This document shows, piece after piece, positions 15,709 to 24,936 of a stretch of 26,989 bases of DNA. The notes under the pieces are model-generated. The model had not been told where the DNA came from and searched no databases. It saw only the letters and a program-made list of their open reading frames with translations. Each line of letters starts with the position of its first letter. The first letter of the stretch is position 1. Location: contig JAGVWA010000009.1 in the NCBI GenBank assembly GCA_018304505.1, forward strand, positions 1-26,989, written 5' to 3'. Origin of the DNA: Nanobdellati archaeon. Lineage in GTDB: Archaea > B1Sed10-29 > JAGVWA01. The translations under genes and the position numbers were made by a program.

Positions 15709-16562
15709 TACAGCCCGGCGCGCGGCTCAACCTGACAAGGTACAGAATTGATGCCCCGCAAAAACCGTCGACGCTGGCGCTGATTCTGCGAAAGACCCTC
15801 GTAAACCAGAAGCTTGCCAAGATAGAGCAGTATGATTTTGACCGCGTCGTTACGATGCATTTCCAGAATCACAAGTTCATCATTGAGTTCTTTGGCAAGG
15901 GTAACATGGTTCTTACCGACAACGATTTAAAGATAATAGCGGTGTGGCGCGGCGAGATATGGAAAGACCGCGCCCTGAAACGAAACGAAACCTATCAGTA
16001 TCCTGGCCAGAGTGGCTTTTCTCCAATTGACGTGCCGTTCAGCGTTTTTGAAACCATTTTCGACAAACTTGACGCTGTGCGAAGCATGGCCCTGAATCTG
16101 AAACTCGGCGGCGCATATGCAGAGGAGATCTGCAATTTGGCAGGCGTTGACAAGAACACGCAAAAGCCGGCAAAGGAACAGGTCATAAAACTGTTTGAAG
16201 CAATGCGGGCACTGTTTGCAAAACCCCCTCAGCCGTGCATCCAGAATAACGAGGTGATGCCGTTTCCCCTTGGGGATATGGCTATTCAAAAGCAGTTTAA
16301 GACGCTGAACGAGGCGGTTGACGAATTCTATCTTGATGAATCAATAAGCAGCGCCGCTGTAAAGGACTCTAGGGTAGAGAAGCTCGCGCACAGGCTGGCG
16401 GAGCAGCAGGAAACCCTCGGCAGGTTCGCGCAGGAAATCGAGGAAAACAAGCAGAAGGGAGACTTGATTTACAGCAACTTCGCGAATGTGCAGGAAATCC
16501 TCGGGGACAAGAAAACAAAGCGCGAAAAAGACGGCTCAATCATTGTCGATTTGTCAGATTGA
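15564..16562 (+). CDS. NFACT/Rqc2 (RqcH)-family protein, N-terminal part only
   Basis: LRKTL...IEQYDFDRVV, IEFFGKGNMVLTD, GGAYAEEIC and LNEAVDEFY motifs; ends shortly after KGDLIYSNF. Confidence 0.88.
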   Translation: MGSAVTSFVLNKLLAEISGEIEDQYLEKVQQISAETFKFAFRGKKELLIQPGARLNLTRYRIDAPQKPSTLALILRKTLVNQKLAKIEQYDFDRVVTMHFQNHKFIIEFFGKGNMVLTDNDLKIIAVWRGEIWKDRALKRNETYQYPGQSGFSPIDVPFSVFETIFDKLDAVRSMALNLKLGGAYAEEICNLAGVDKNTQKPAKEQVIKLFEAMRALFAKPPQPCIQNNEVMPFPLGDMAIQKQFKTLNEAVDEFYLDESISSAAVKDSRVEKLAHRLAEQQETLGRFAQEIEENKQKGDLIYSNFANVQEILGDKKTKREKDGSIIVDLSD

Positions 16563-17384
16563 TAGAAGCCACACAGTCGGTAAAGCGAGGGCGATGGCCA
16601 GCCACGTTTTCTTGTCGAGTTTTTCCTTCAAAACCAGCGCACTCAGGAACACAGTCGGAATCAGATTCATGTTGGCAATCGGCACGACTACTGATAATGG
16701 GCCAAGCGCAAATGCCCGAAAAATGCTGATAACGCCTAACGACAGTAGGACACTGACGATGGCAAAGTCTTTCAAGGCAGCTGATTTTACCTTCCTGATT
16801 TCCCGGGCTTTCATAGTCGCATTGTAAACAATCAGGAAGAGCAGGGTTGAGGTTGAGAGAATCGCAAAACCAAGCAGCGGATTCATCAAGTCTGCTGATG
16901 ATTTGATGAAGTAATTCATTATGCCAAACGAAGCCATGGCCCCAATGGCGTGCAGGAGCCATGCGCCCCCGCGAATTTTTTCTGGAGAATACACAAGAAA
17001 AATCACAATGATGCTCAATAGAATGCCAACAGAGGCCGTGCTGTTTAGTGTTTCACCAAGCAAAAGGATACCGAGCGGCACAGCGATTACTGCGTTGAGG
17101 TTGTATATTGTGGTTATAGTTGATACGGGTCCTGTTTTTAAGGCAGTGTAGACAAACATGATGGCGAGGAATGTGAAAAAGCCGCCTGCAAGGGGCCAGA
17201 TTGCGTGCTGCAGTGAAACAGAAACACCAAACAACAGCACGGCAACCCAGGAAATTATTGCCGAACCTGTGCTCTCTATGAGCGCAGCCACGCTTGGCTC
17301 AATGTTTTTCAGGGCCACCTTTCTGTAGAAGGCGCCTGCACCAATAAGCAGCGCGCCCAGGACAGCGAAGATAACGTAGCTCAT
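16554..17384 (-). CDS. EamA/DMT-family transporter
   Basis: Duplicated 5-TM halves with ALKTGPVS...LLGETL and AFALGPLS...LKEKL. Confidence 0.92.
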   Translation of the reverse strand: MSYVIFAVLGALLIGAGAFYRKVALKNIEPSVAALIESTGSAIISWVAVLLFGVSVSLQHAIWPLAGGFFTFLAIMFVYTALKTGPVSTITTIYNLNAVIAVPLGILLLGETLNSTASVGILLSIIVIFLVYSPEKIRGGAWLLHAIGAMASFGIMNYFIKSSADLMNPLLGFAILSTSTLLFLIVYNATMKAREIRKVKSAALKDFAIVSVLLSLGVISIFRAFALGPLSVVVPIANMNLIPTVFLSALVLKEKLDKKTWLAIALALPTVWLLSI

Positions 17385-17390
17385 GCGGCT

Positions 17391-17744
17391 CTAACCGCCT
17401 CGTTTGTGGCGTTTGCGTGTAGCGATTTTTCGCTTCGCAGTTTTCATGCTTCGGGGGGCTGTACGAATTGCTGTATGAGTTGTTGGCTGCAGTTGCCTGA
17501 ATCTTGATTGCGGAATTGGCATGGGCTTGCCGATGATTGAAACGTGCACAATGGTTGCAAGCAGCACTATTGCCCACGCGGGCATTGAAACGCTGATGAT
17601 GCCCATGGTGTAGATCATTACCAGCAATATCATTCCGAAAAGCGCGCCGGCAAAGGAGAGGAAAATTATTCCGGGTATAAGCACTACTAGAAACGCTATG
17701 AGGGACCGGAATACGATGCCGGCAGGGCTTCGTGGGTTTTTCAT
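17391..17744 (-). CDS. Membrane protein with basic C-terminal tail
   Basis: The ATG at 17744 forms an ATGA overlap with the upstream stop; hydrophobic segments are followed by a K/R-rich tail. Confidence 0.7.
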   Translation of the reverse strand: MKNPRSPAGIVFRSLIAFLVVLIPGIIFLSFAGALFGMILLVMIYTMGIISVSMPAWAIVLLATIVHVSIIGKPMPIPQSRFRQLQPTTHTAIRTAPRSMKTAKRKIATRKRHKRGG

Positions 17745-18046
17745 CGTGGAATTCCCCCAAAGAGCTTTTCGTATTCGTGTGCCCGCGAGAACCAGTCGTA
17801 GATGCCCTGTGTAAAACTGCTGCGGGCTGCGATTATGCCTGCCGAGAGGACAATTGCCCACGTGTCAATAGGCCCGATGCCGATCAAATTGTACGCTGTC
17901 AAGAGCGAGATGACGATTGACAGCAGATAGAAGTTGATTATGAAGTTTATCAGGTACAGTATGAGTTCTTTTACGTAACCGTGGGAATAAGGATACAGAA
18001 CCTCGGTTATGATAACGCGTGTGGCTGTAAAGAAATCGCCGGCCAT
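17741..18046 (-). CDS. Small membrane protein
   Basis: ATG at 18046 after GGTGTGA; two hydrophobic segments; in an operon with the PRC-barrel gene. Confidence 0.75.
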   Translation of the reverse strand: MAGDFFTATRVIITEVLYPYSHGYVKELILYLINFIINFYLLSIVISLLTAYNLIGIGPIDTWAIVLSAGIIAARSSFTQGIYDWFSRAHEYEKLFGGIPR

Positions 18047-18051
18047 GGTTT

Positions 18052-18315
18052 TCACACCAGCAAGGCTTCGTCTGCAACAATGACATCGCTAACTGCGATA
18101 ATCGACTTGAATGGAACAGATGCCATGCCCTGGACCTTGTGTAGGTTCTTAGCAACCTTCGAGTCCCTCTGCGTCTCGATCAGGAAGGCCTCTATTTTAC
18201 CTGATTTTTCATCAATTAGTATGTCGCTTAGCCTGCCGAGTTCCTCCCCCTTGTTGGTAATGATGCGCTTGCCGCCCATCTGCTTTGCGATTACGAACTT
18301 TTTCGATGTGGTCAT
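18052..18315 (-). CDS. PRC-barrel domain protein
   Basis: MGGKRIITNKGEELGRLSDILIDEKSGKI...VPFKSIIAVSDVIV, the typical archaeal single PRC barrel (CdpB-like by inference). Confidence 0.92.
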   Translation of the reverse strand: MTTSKKFVIAKQMGGKRIITNKGEELGRLSDILIDEKSGKIEAFLIETQRDSKVAKNLHKVQGMASVPFKSIIAVSDVIVADEALLV

Positions 18316-18490
18316 GTAAATCCCCCAATGATCTTGTTAATCACGGCGCCTTTAAATACGTTTTGGTTGCTTTGCCGAGCCGATCGCACGGGCCTGTTTT
18401 GTCCCACTGAGCCCGGGGCACGCAACCCAATGAGCATGTAAGCCAGCGAGCACGAGTTATTTATATGTGAAAGGGTACAAGTAGCTGTGC

Positions 18491-18937
18491 ATGCTCATTA
18501 ATAATTACAAGAAGAAGAACATTCAGGGCGCGGCCATAGAGCTACGCTTGGGCAGCCTGTACAAGCAGGACAAGGGCACAGTAGACATTCTTGAGGGCAA
18601 ATGGCCCGATGCGAAGGAAATCCTCATAGAAGAAAAGCCGTACACGCTCAAGCCGGGCGAGTTTATCCTTGGTAAGACGATTGAGAGTTTCGACGTGCCC
18701 GACGACCTGGCGGCGCTTGTCGTTCCTAGGTCCACGATCTTCAGGATGGGCATTGAGTCGTCTACTGGTTTTGTCGATCCGGGTTACCAGGGCGAACTTG
18801 TAGTCCCGATGAAGAATGTTGGCGAAAACCCCATTTTGTTAAAGCATGGCATGGCCGTCGTCAAGGTCATCTTCCTTGAGGTAAAAGGGGGCACCATACC
18901 GTTGTTTACAAGATACATGGGCGGAAAGGTTGTGTGA
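18491..18937 (+). CDS. dUTPase/dCTP deaminase superfamily protein, probably a dUTPase
   Basis: LKPGEF, PRST and VDPGYQG motifs. The position after DPGYxG where dCTP deaminases carry the catalytic Glu reads GELVVPM. Confidence 0.88.
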   Translation: MLINNYKKKNIQGAAIELRLGSLYKQDKGTVDILEGKWPDAKEILIEEKPYTLKPGEFILGKTIESFDVPDDLAALVVPRSTIFRMGIESSTGFVDPGYQGELVVPMKNVGENPILLKHGMAVVKVIFLEVKGGTIPLFTRYMGGKVV

Positions 18938-18940
18938 GTT

Positions 18941-19270
18941 ATGATCCTTGGGCATGACGATTTACTCAGAAGAATGGCTGGCATCGAGAGCACTAAGCTT
19001 GAAAAGGTGTTTCGGCTGATGGCCAAGCACTCGCTTTCTGAGCTGAGGTTGCGCGCGCTAAAGCAGCTGGCAGAGCTTAAGGTGGCGACCATTGGCAGCG
19101 TTTTAACTGAATTGAAGGAAACGACCAGCGGCGGCACGTTTATCTCAATCAGGGACTTTTTCAACGCGCTCAAAAAAGAGGGCATCCTTTCGTCAAAGAA
19201 GGTCGGCAAAACCACCTATTGGGAAATAAGCGATGCGGCCAAGGAGCTCGAAAAGTACCTTTTGTCATAA
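18941..19270 (+). CDS. Winged-helix transcriptional regulator
   Basis: FNALKKEGILSSKKVGKTTYWEI helix-plus-wing pattern. Confidence 0.78.
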   Translation: MILGHDDLLRRMAGIESTKLEKVFRLMAKHSLSELRLRALKQLAELKVATIGSVLTELKETTSGGTFISIRDFFNALKKEGILSSKKVGKTTYWEISDAAKELEKYLLS

Positions 19271-19356
19271 TTTTCGAAACCCTCCGGGGCACAACGTGAA
19301 TTGCCGAAGCTACTGTTTATATACTAGATCCTTACATAAATGTAATTAAACCTTCT

Positions 19357-19402
19357 GTTGGGTGGGAACAGGATTACCCACATGGTCCTAATCTCACCCA
19401 AC
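19357..19402 (+). ncRNA. Candidate small RNA hairpin with loop CCCACA
   Basis: Stems GTTGGGTGGGA/TCTCACCCAAC and AGGATTA/TGGTCCT with three G-U pairs that form only on the + strand; TTTATATA box about 35 nt upstream. Confidence 0.45.
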
Positions 19403-19599
19403 TAAAATTCGGAAGAATTAGCTCGCCCAGCCAAAACGCAAGCAAAAAAAAAACCGAAAATGTAAGGCCACCTTCTCAAGGACGGCAGTCTTATTCTGCC
19501 GATCCTTGTCCCGTTTCTCTCGGTACAAAAGCAACGCAAAAAAGCGGTATTAGCTAAGCATTTATACACCAACACCCACAAGTAAAGCGGGGTTGGGAA

Positions 19600-21225
19600 A
19601 TGGCATTAGAGAACTTCACAGAACAAGAAAGGCAAATTCTCAGCAAATATGTAACCAACCTCGACTCGGATGTTTATTGCGTAAAGAATCTGCCAGAGGA
19701 AGTTGTTGCGGTGCTGTTTGCATACGTGTCAAGGAGCAACAACACCTTCCGGCAAAACCTGTTAAAACTATTAGGCAGCGGCGAAATCAGTATTTCTAGT
19801 AGAGACAGCACATACAGTGACGACATTTATTCAGAAGACGCGACAGCCAAGGCCAAAAAGACAGCCAAGGAATTCCACGAAAAATGGGTAGTCGGTTACG
19901 GCCACGCAAGCGTTGCAGAACACGCGGACGTGAAGATCGCCATCGATTCATTATCAAACGTGGCCACGAAAATGGTGGAACACAACCGCCTCGGCAGGTA
20001 CACAGAGAAATCCAGCAGATACGTAAAATTCAGCAAGGACAATTACTACACCCCCCCAAAAATCGCGCGTGACGAATCCTTCTCCAAGAAATACAAGGAA
20101 GCCTGTGACCACCTGCTCGACACGTACGACGATTTATACGACAAGATCGTGGCGTATGTAATGGAACGCATGCCCCAAGAGAAGGGGGTTTCCGACGGCG
20201 CATACAAGTCCAGCGTAAAGGCAAAAACGTGCGACGTCGTCAGATACCTATTGCCGGCATCTACAATAACCAGCGTCGGGGTCAGCATGAACGCCCGCGC
20301 ACTCGCATACTCAATAAAGCAGCTCCTCTCAAGTCCCCTCGAGGAATTCCAAGAGCTGGGGCAAAAAATAAAGACGGAGGCAGAGCTAATCTGCCCCGCG
20401 CTGCTCAAGTATGCCGAATTCGATCCAATGATGCACGACGTGCCACTGGCGGCACGCAAATTGGCGGATTTCGTTTTTGTCGGGACCGAAATTGAAAAAC
20501 CAAGAAGGCCAGTAGAGCTAGTACACTATGACAAAGACGTGGTAGACAAAATCGCAGCATCAATTCTGTACAAGCATTCAAATCTGCCATATCATCAGGT
20601 ATACGAACGCGTACAAAAAATGTCAAGTCAAGAAAAAGAAAAAATCTTCGACACATATCACCTGAGCAAAGGCAAATTCAACATTCCGCTCGAGGAATTC
20701 GAGCATGGGAACTTCACTTTTGACATGATAATGGACTTCGGTGCATTCAGGGACGTGCAGAGGCACAGGACTTGTATTCAAAGTGATCAGCTAATCACCG
20801 CAGACCATGGATACGACACACCAGAGGACATAATAAAAGCAGGCTGCCAGAAGCAATACCAGGCAGCGATGGAAAAAGCAGCACAGGCCTACAACGCAAT
20901 CAGGAAAAAGTATCCCCACGAGGCGCAGTACGTAGTGCCCAATGGCTATCGAAAACGCGTCCTCATTACGTGGGATCTCAGGGGGCTTGAAAACTTCATT
21001 CGCCTGCGATCAAGCCCACACGGCCACGAATCCTACAGGCGAATCGCGCAGCAGACCTACGACGAGCTCGCCAGAATTTCACCACTGCTTGTCAAGTACC
21101 TGAGCGTGGACAAGAACGAGTACTATCTCGGTCGCCTTAAATCGGAAGTGGCGAAGCACGAAAAGATCGACGAATTAAAAAAGAAGTATGGCGAGCAAGC
21201 CGTAGTAACAGAAGGAAACCAGTAA
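19600..21225 (+). CDS. thyX: FAD-dependent thymidylate synthase ThyX (tandem two-domain form)
   Basis: GYGHASVAEH, YTEKSSRY, DVVRYLLP, RDVQRHR and FIRLRS motifs. Confidence 0.95.
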   Translation: MALENFTEQERQILSKYVTNLDSDVYCVKNLPEEVVAVLFAYVSRSNNTFRQNLLKLLGSGEISISSRDSTYSDDIYSEDATAKAKKTAKEFHEKWVVGYGHASVAEHADVKIAIDSLSNVATKMVEHNRLGRYTEKSSRYVKFSKDNYYTPPKIARDESFSKKYKEACDHLLDTYDDLYDKIVAYVMERMPQEKGVSDGAYKSSVKAKTCDVVRYLLPASTITSVGVSMNARALAYSIKQLLSSPLEEFQELGQKIKTEAELICPALLKYAEFDPMMHDVPLAARKLADFVFVGTEIEKPRRPVELVHYDKDVVDKIAASILYKHSNLPYHQVYERVQKMSSQEKEKIFDTYHLSKGKFNIPLEEFEHGNFTFDMIMDFGAFRDVQRHRTCIQSDQLITADHGYDTPEDIIKAGCQKQYQAAMEKAAQAYNAIRKKYPHEAQYVVPNGYRKRVLITWDLRGLENFIRLRSSPHGHESYRRIAQQTYDELARISPLLVKYLSVDKNEYYLGRLKSEVAKHEKIDELKKKYGEQAVVTEGNQ

Positions 21226-21249
21226 GCTCCGAGGACGGTGAACTAAAAT

Positions 21250-22497
21250 ATGTTGTACAGTGAAATCCAAAAGGTAGACCCTGAGGTGTACGAGTCGTTG
21301 AAAAACGAGCTGCAGCGCCAGCGAAACAGTTTGGAAATGATCGCGTCAGAAAACTTCACAAGCCCGGCAGTAATGGAAGCCCAAGGCTCAATAATGACAA
21401 ACAAGTACGCGGAAGGCCTCCCAGGCAAGCGATACTACGGAGGCTGTGAATTCCATGACCAGGTAGAGCAGCTGGCAATCGACCGCGCCAAGGCCCTGTT
21501 CAAGGCAGACCACGCAAACGTTCAGCCACACTCTGGCAGCAACGCGAATTTCGCGGCCTACTTTTCAGTCCTAGAAGCGGGCGACAAAATTCTCGGCCCG
21601 CTTCTTCCGCATGGGGGGCACTTAACGCACGGCTCGCCAGTGAACTTCTCTGGTAGGCTCTTCAAGTTCTCGCAATACACACTGAATCAGGACACGCAGC
21701 GTTTTGAACCAGACGACATACTCGAAATCGCAAGACGAGAAAAACCCAAACTCATCCTGACAGGCTATTCCGCATACCCCAGAAAAATAGAATTCGAAAA
21801 GTGGCGTGCAGTTGCAGATGAAGTCGGCGCGGTGCTGATGGCCGACATCGCGCACATCGCAGGCCTCATTGCAGCAGAACAGCATCCGCAGCCCTTTCCG
21901 CACTGTGACATCGTGACGACCACGACGCACAAAACCCTGCGGGGGCCGCGAGGCGGCATAGTAATGTGCACTGAGAAGTATGCGAAGCAAGTTGACAAAA
22001 CCGTGTTCCCTGGCTTCCAAGGCGGGCCATTGATGCACGCCATTGCCGGAAAAGCAATAGCGCTTAAGGAGGCGCAGTCAGCAGAGTTCAGAAAATACGC
22101 GGAGCAGGTCGTGAAAAATGCGCATGCCCTGGCAGATGAACTAATGAGCAACGGCTTCAACCTCGTAACCGGCGGCACCGATAGTCATCTAATGTTAGTG
22201 AACCTCGAGTCAAAATCAATTACAGGAAAGGAAGCCGAGGTCCTGTTAGAGCAAGTCGGGATAACGGCGAACAAGAACATGGTCCCTGACGACAAGCAGA
22301 GCCCGTTTGTCACCTCAGGAATTCGGTTGGGCACCCCGGCCATCACAAGCCGCGGTATGAAGGCAGACCAAATGAGGCAGATCGGCGAGTTCATTTCAAG
22401 GACAATGAACTATCGCAATGACGAAGAACAGAAGAGAAAAATCAAAAACGAGGTTCTGGAAATCTGCAAGGCGTTCCCGTTGTATCCTGATTTTTAG
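21250..22497 (+). CDS. glyA: Serine hydroxymethyltransferase (bacterial-like)
   Basis: [39 protein letters not shown] and SGIRLGTPA motifs. Confidence 0.98.
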   Translation: MLYSEIQKVDPEVYESLKNELQRQRNSLEMIASENFTSPAVMEAQGSIMTNKYAEGLPGKRYYGGCEFHDQVEQLAIDRAKALFKADHANVQPHSGSNANFAAYFSVLEAGDKILGPLLPHGGHLTHGSPVNFSGRLFKFSQYTLNQDTQRFEPDDILEIARREKPKLILTGYSAYPRKIEFEKWRAVADEVGAVLMADIAHIAGLIAAEQHPQPFPHCDIVTTTTHKTLRGPRGGIVMCTEKYAKQVDKTVFPGFQGGPLMHAIAGKAIALKEAQSAEFRKYAEQVVKNAHALADELMSNGFNLVTGGTDSHLMLVNLESKSITGKEAEVLLEQVGITANKNMVPDDKQSPFVTSGIRLGTPAITSRGMKADQMRQIGEFISRTMNYRNDEEQKRKIKNEVLEICKAFPLYPDF

Positions 22498-22606
22498 GGG
22501 TACAGCATAGCAGCAAAGCACAGGCAAGTGGCGTAAGATCCATAGTGCGATTCCTTTTTCCGTCTAGCTTTCCCGAGGGCCGCCTTGTTGATGGACATTG
22601 CAATCA

Positions 22607-23353
22607 TCACTGCATGTAATCTTTATAAATCCGCACTGCCTCGTTGCGGCTGTGTTCAATGCTGACGCCAGCGTCGAGATATTCAACGCGGCTGCCACGG
22701 GATTCAAAAATCTCACGCAGTTCTTTTCCCTCGTATATTGGTTTCAACTTAAGCTGGAAGTCAAGTTTCTCGAAAATCGCGTTGTCATCCTTCCCCCTGT
22801 TTTCTAGGCGTTTCATGACCTCGTCAACGTTCTTGATGGTAGGAATAATCAGTAAGTCAGGCGCGTATTCCAGGGCCAGCTTGTTCCCAGAAAAGTTCAT
22901 GATGTCTTCAAGTGAAAGTTCGGATCCTTCTTCCTTTGCCTGCAATTGCTGATATGCAAGTGAACTGATTACGCCGCGGCTCTGTAGCACGGTTTTTGCG
23001 TTTTCAAAACACGGAATGAGCAGGCGCTTGTACAGGCAAAGGCGGTCGAGGGAATAAGCCAGTGCAGTGTCGCGTGCAGTGTATTGCCTGTTGTTCTCTG
23101 CAATGATTTCGTTACGGATCATCAGGCCAAGGCATGCGTAAGTTGGCTCATGCTCATGTGACACGATCACGTCATGCTTTTTCAGCTGTTCGTATTCTGG
23201 GTGGTCTTTGTGTGTTTCCCAATAGTCATTTAGGTCGTAAACGTCTTTCCCCTGTTGTTTTTCGTAATCAACAAGCGCGCCGAGAGCAACGCCTTTCCCA
23301 ACGCCATCGAGGCCGTCAAGCATTACGAATTTTCCGGGAAGTCCTTTTGGCAT
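22607..23353 (-). CDS. tmk: Thymidylate kinase
   Basis: P-loop DGLDGVGKG, HEP, SLDR and SRGVISSLAYQ; adjacent to thyX and glyA. Confidence 0.88.
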   Translation of the reverse strand: MPKGLPGKFVMLDGLDGVGKGVALGALVDYEKQQGKDVYDLNDYWETHKDHPEYEQLKKHDVIVSHEHEPTYACLGLMIRNEIIAENNRQYTARDTALAYSLDRLCLYKRLLIPCFENAKTVLQSRGVISSLAYQQLQAKEEGSELSLEDIMNFSGNKLALEYAPDLLIIPTIKNVDEVMKRLENRGKDDNAIFEKLDFQLKLKPIYEGKELREIFESRGSRVEYLDAGVSIEHSRNEAVRIYKDYMQ

Positions 23354-23415
23354 TTCACGTCACCATTATTCATTAGGCGGCACAGATATATAACACTTTA
23401 ACTCTAAATCAGTGC

Positions 23416-23622
23416 ATGGGCGTGCTGGATTTCATGAAGGGGAAACCGAAGGATGAAACGGTCGAGGAAGAAGAGCCGGAATCTGAATCGGCAACCGGGC
23501 CCGTGTCGATGCACGAGTGCCGCTTGTGTGGGGGCAAGGGCGCGGACAAGAAGTTCGGGGGAATGCACTGGCACAAGAAGTGCTTGCGGAAAGCGCGGAA
23601 GATGGCGAAGGGCGCGATGTGA
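23416..23622 (+). CDS. Small putative zinc-binding protein
   Basis: CRLC...WHKKC motif; TATATAA box about 22 nt upstream. Confidence 0.75.
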   Translation: MGVLDFMKGKPKDETVEEEEPESESATGPVSMHECRLCGGKGADKKFGGMHWHKKCLRKARKMAKGAM

Positions 23623-24399
23623 TTATAATGGATTTTGGCTATTCAACTTAGTGGATACTGTCGAGAGCACGTATGCCGAAACGTCTTTAAAGGGTGGAAC
23701 CCGGGGAATTAGGCCGCCAAGTTCGGGCTCCCATATTTTCTCAATCTTTATCAATGAGGCATCAAACTTTTTCAAGTCAAGTTTTTCGTTATACATTGAG
23801 AGCTTTTTGTTGACCAGTTCTGGGTCAAGTTCAGTTCCTTTTTTCAAGAGGAAGTATGTGTCGTATAAGTCTCGGGCGAGCCCCCTTGTTGTTATTGCCC
23901 TGATTTTTTCTGCAAGCGTTTCCTCTTTTTTCATTACCGGGACGGTAAAAGGTCTTACATCGTCATACATTGGAATCACTTCCAGGATTTCCGGTTTTAG
24001 CACAATGTCTTTCCTCAGCGAAATGTCTATGTCGACAACCGTCTTGTTGATGGGTAATTTGTAAAGGGGCCCCTCGATTTTTACCTTTATTTTCTTGCCC
24101 AGTACTGATTTTACATCTTTGATTTCATGTGTTGCACCAATAAGGCCGAGCATTTCTGAGATGCTTGTTTTTAATTTGTTATGGTCATATTCTGCTGTCT
24201 GCGTAAAATCCAGGTCTTCAGAAAATCTATCGAGTCCGCGGAAAAAGAAGAGGGCTGTGCCCCCCTTGAACACCAGCTCGTCAACGATGTACGAGTAGAT
24301 GCCAGAGAGCACCAAGGTCTGAGCATAGTGTTTTTCCTGTTGGTGTGGCTTGAGCTTGTTTATTCTCGCCAGGCGCAAAATTTCGTCTGAGTTGATCAT
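23623..24399 (-). CDS. abiEii: AbiEii-family nucleotidyltransferase toxin (type IV TA)
   Basis: LVFKGGTAL, RFSEDLDF, AEKIRA and RDLYD motifs. Confidence 0.94.
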   Translation of the reverse strand: MINSDEILRLARINKLKPHQQEKHYAQTLVLSGIYSYIVDELVFKGGTALFFFRGLDRFSEDLDFTQTAEYDHNKLKTSISEMLGLIGATHEIKDVKSVLGKKIKVKIEGPLYKLPINKTVVDIDISLRKDIVLKPEILEVIPMYDDVRPFTVPVMKKEETLAEKIRAITTRGLARDLYDTYFLLKKGTELDPELVNKKLSMYNEKLDLKKFDASLIKIEKIWEPELGGLIPRVPPFKDVSAYVLSTVSTKLNSQNPL

Positions 24400-24402
24400 T
24401 CA

Positions 24403-24936
24403 TTATCCCCTGTTTAGTTTTACCCGTGTTTTTTTAGCATATGAAATCAGTTTGGCGCGGTCTGCTTTTTTCAAGATGTTGCCAGGAACTGCTCCTTGTT
24501 TGTATATGATATCTATAATGGCCTTTTCAACGTCTGCAATTGATATTTCATGTCCAGCATACGGTTTTTTTTCAAATCCAAATACCATGTCAACTGGTAG
24601 TGTTATGAATTCAATTCCATCAACGTGTCTGCGAGTTCGTTTTGGTACCACTATTTGCACCACAGCCGGAATTTGGTTTATGATGCCATGGAGATAGAGG
24701 GCCGAGTTGAATGAGATATATGAGTTTGGAATGATATAAGAGCCGTAGTAGACGGGGTCTTCAGTGGTCGAATATAGTCCCTTAGCAAGCCGAAACAGTA
24801 GTTTTTTATCAGTCATTCTCTTAGCGTATGTCTTAGCATGACCACGTTTTACGTTAAGGGCGCGGGCTATTTCAGCCACATTGAACACAGGGGTTTTTCT
24901 TTTCCGAAGGATTTCGAGGCCAGCGTAGATATTCAT
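24403..24936 (-). CDS. abiEi: AbiEi-family antitoxin (type IV TA)
   Basis: N-terminal wHTH with RLAKGLY, YISFNSALYLHGIINQIP and EKAIID; upstream of abiEii. Confidence 0.9.
   Translation of the reverse strand: MNIYAGLEILRKRKTPVFNVAEIARALNVKRGHAKTYAKRMTDKKLLFRLAKGLYSTTEDPVYYGSYIIPNSYISFNSALYLHGIINQIPAVVQIVVPKRTRRHVDGIEFITLPVDMVFGFEKKPYAGHEISIADVEKAIIDIIYKQGAVPGNILKKADRAKLISYAKKTRVKLNRG

Noticed and set aside
18491-18937. Gene symbol dcd
   Set aside because: The deaminase catalytic Glu position appears absent (GELVVPM); dUTPase is more likely, so no symbol was assigned.
23453-24064. 203-aa + strand ORF
   Set aside because: Antisense to the clearly recognisable abiEii gene and out of frame with the small zinc-protein gene.
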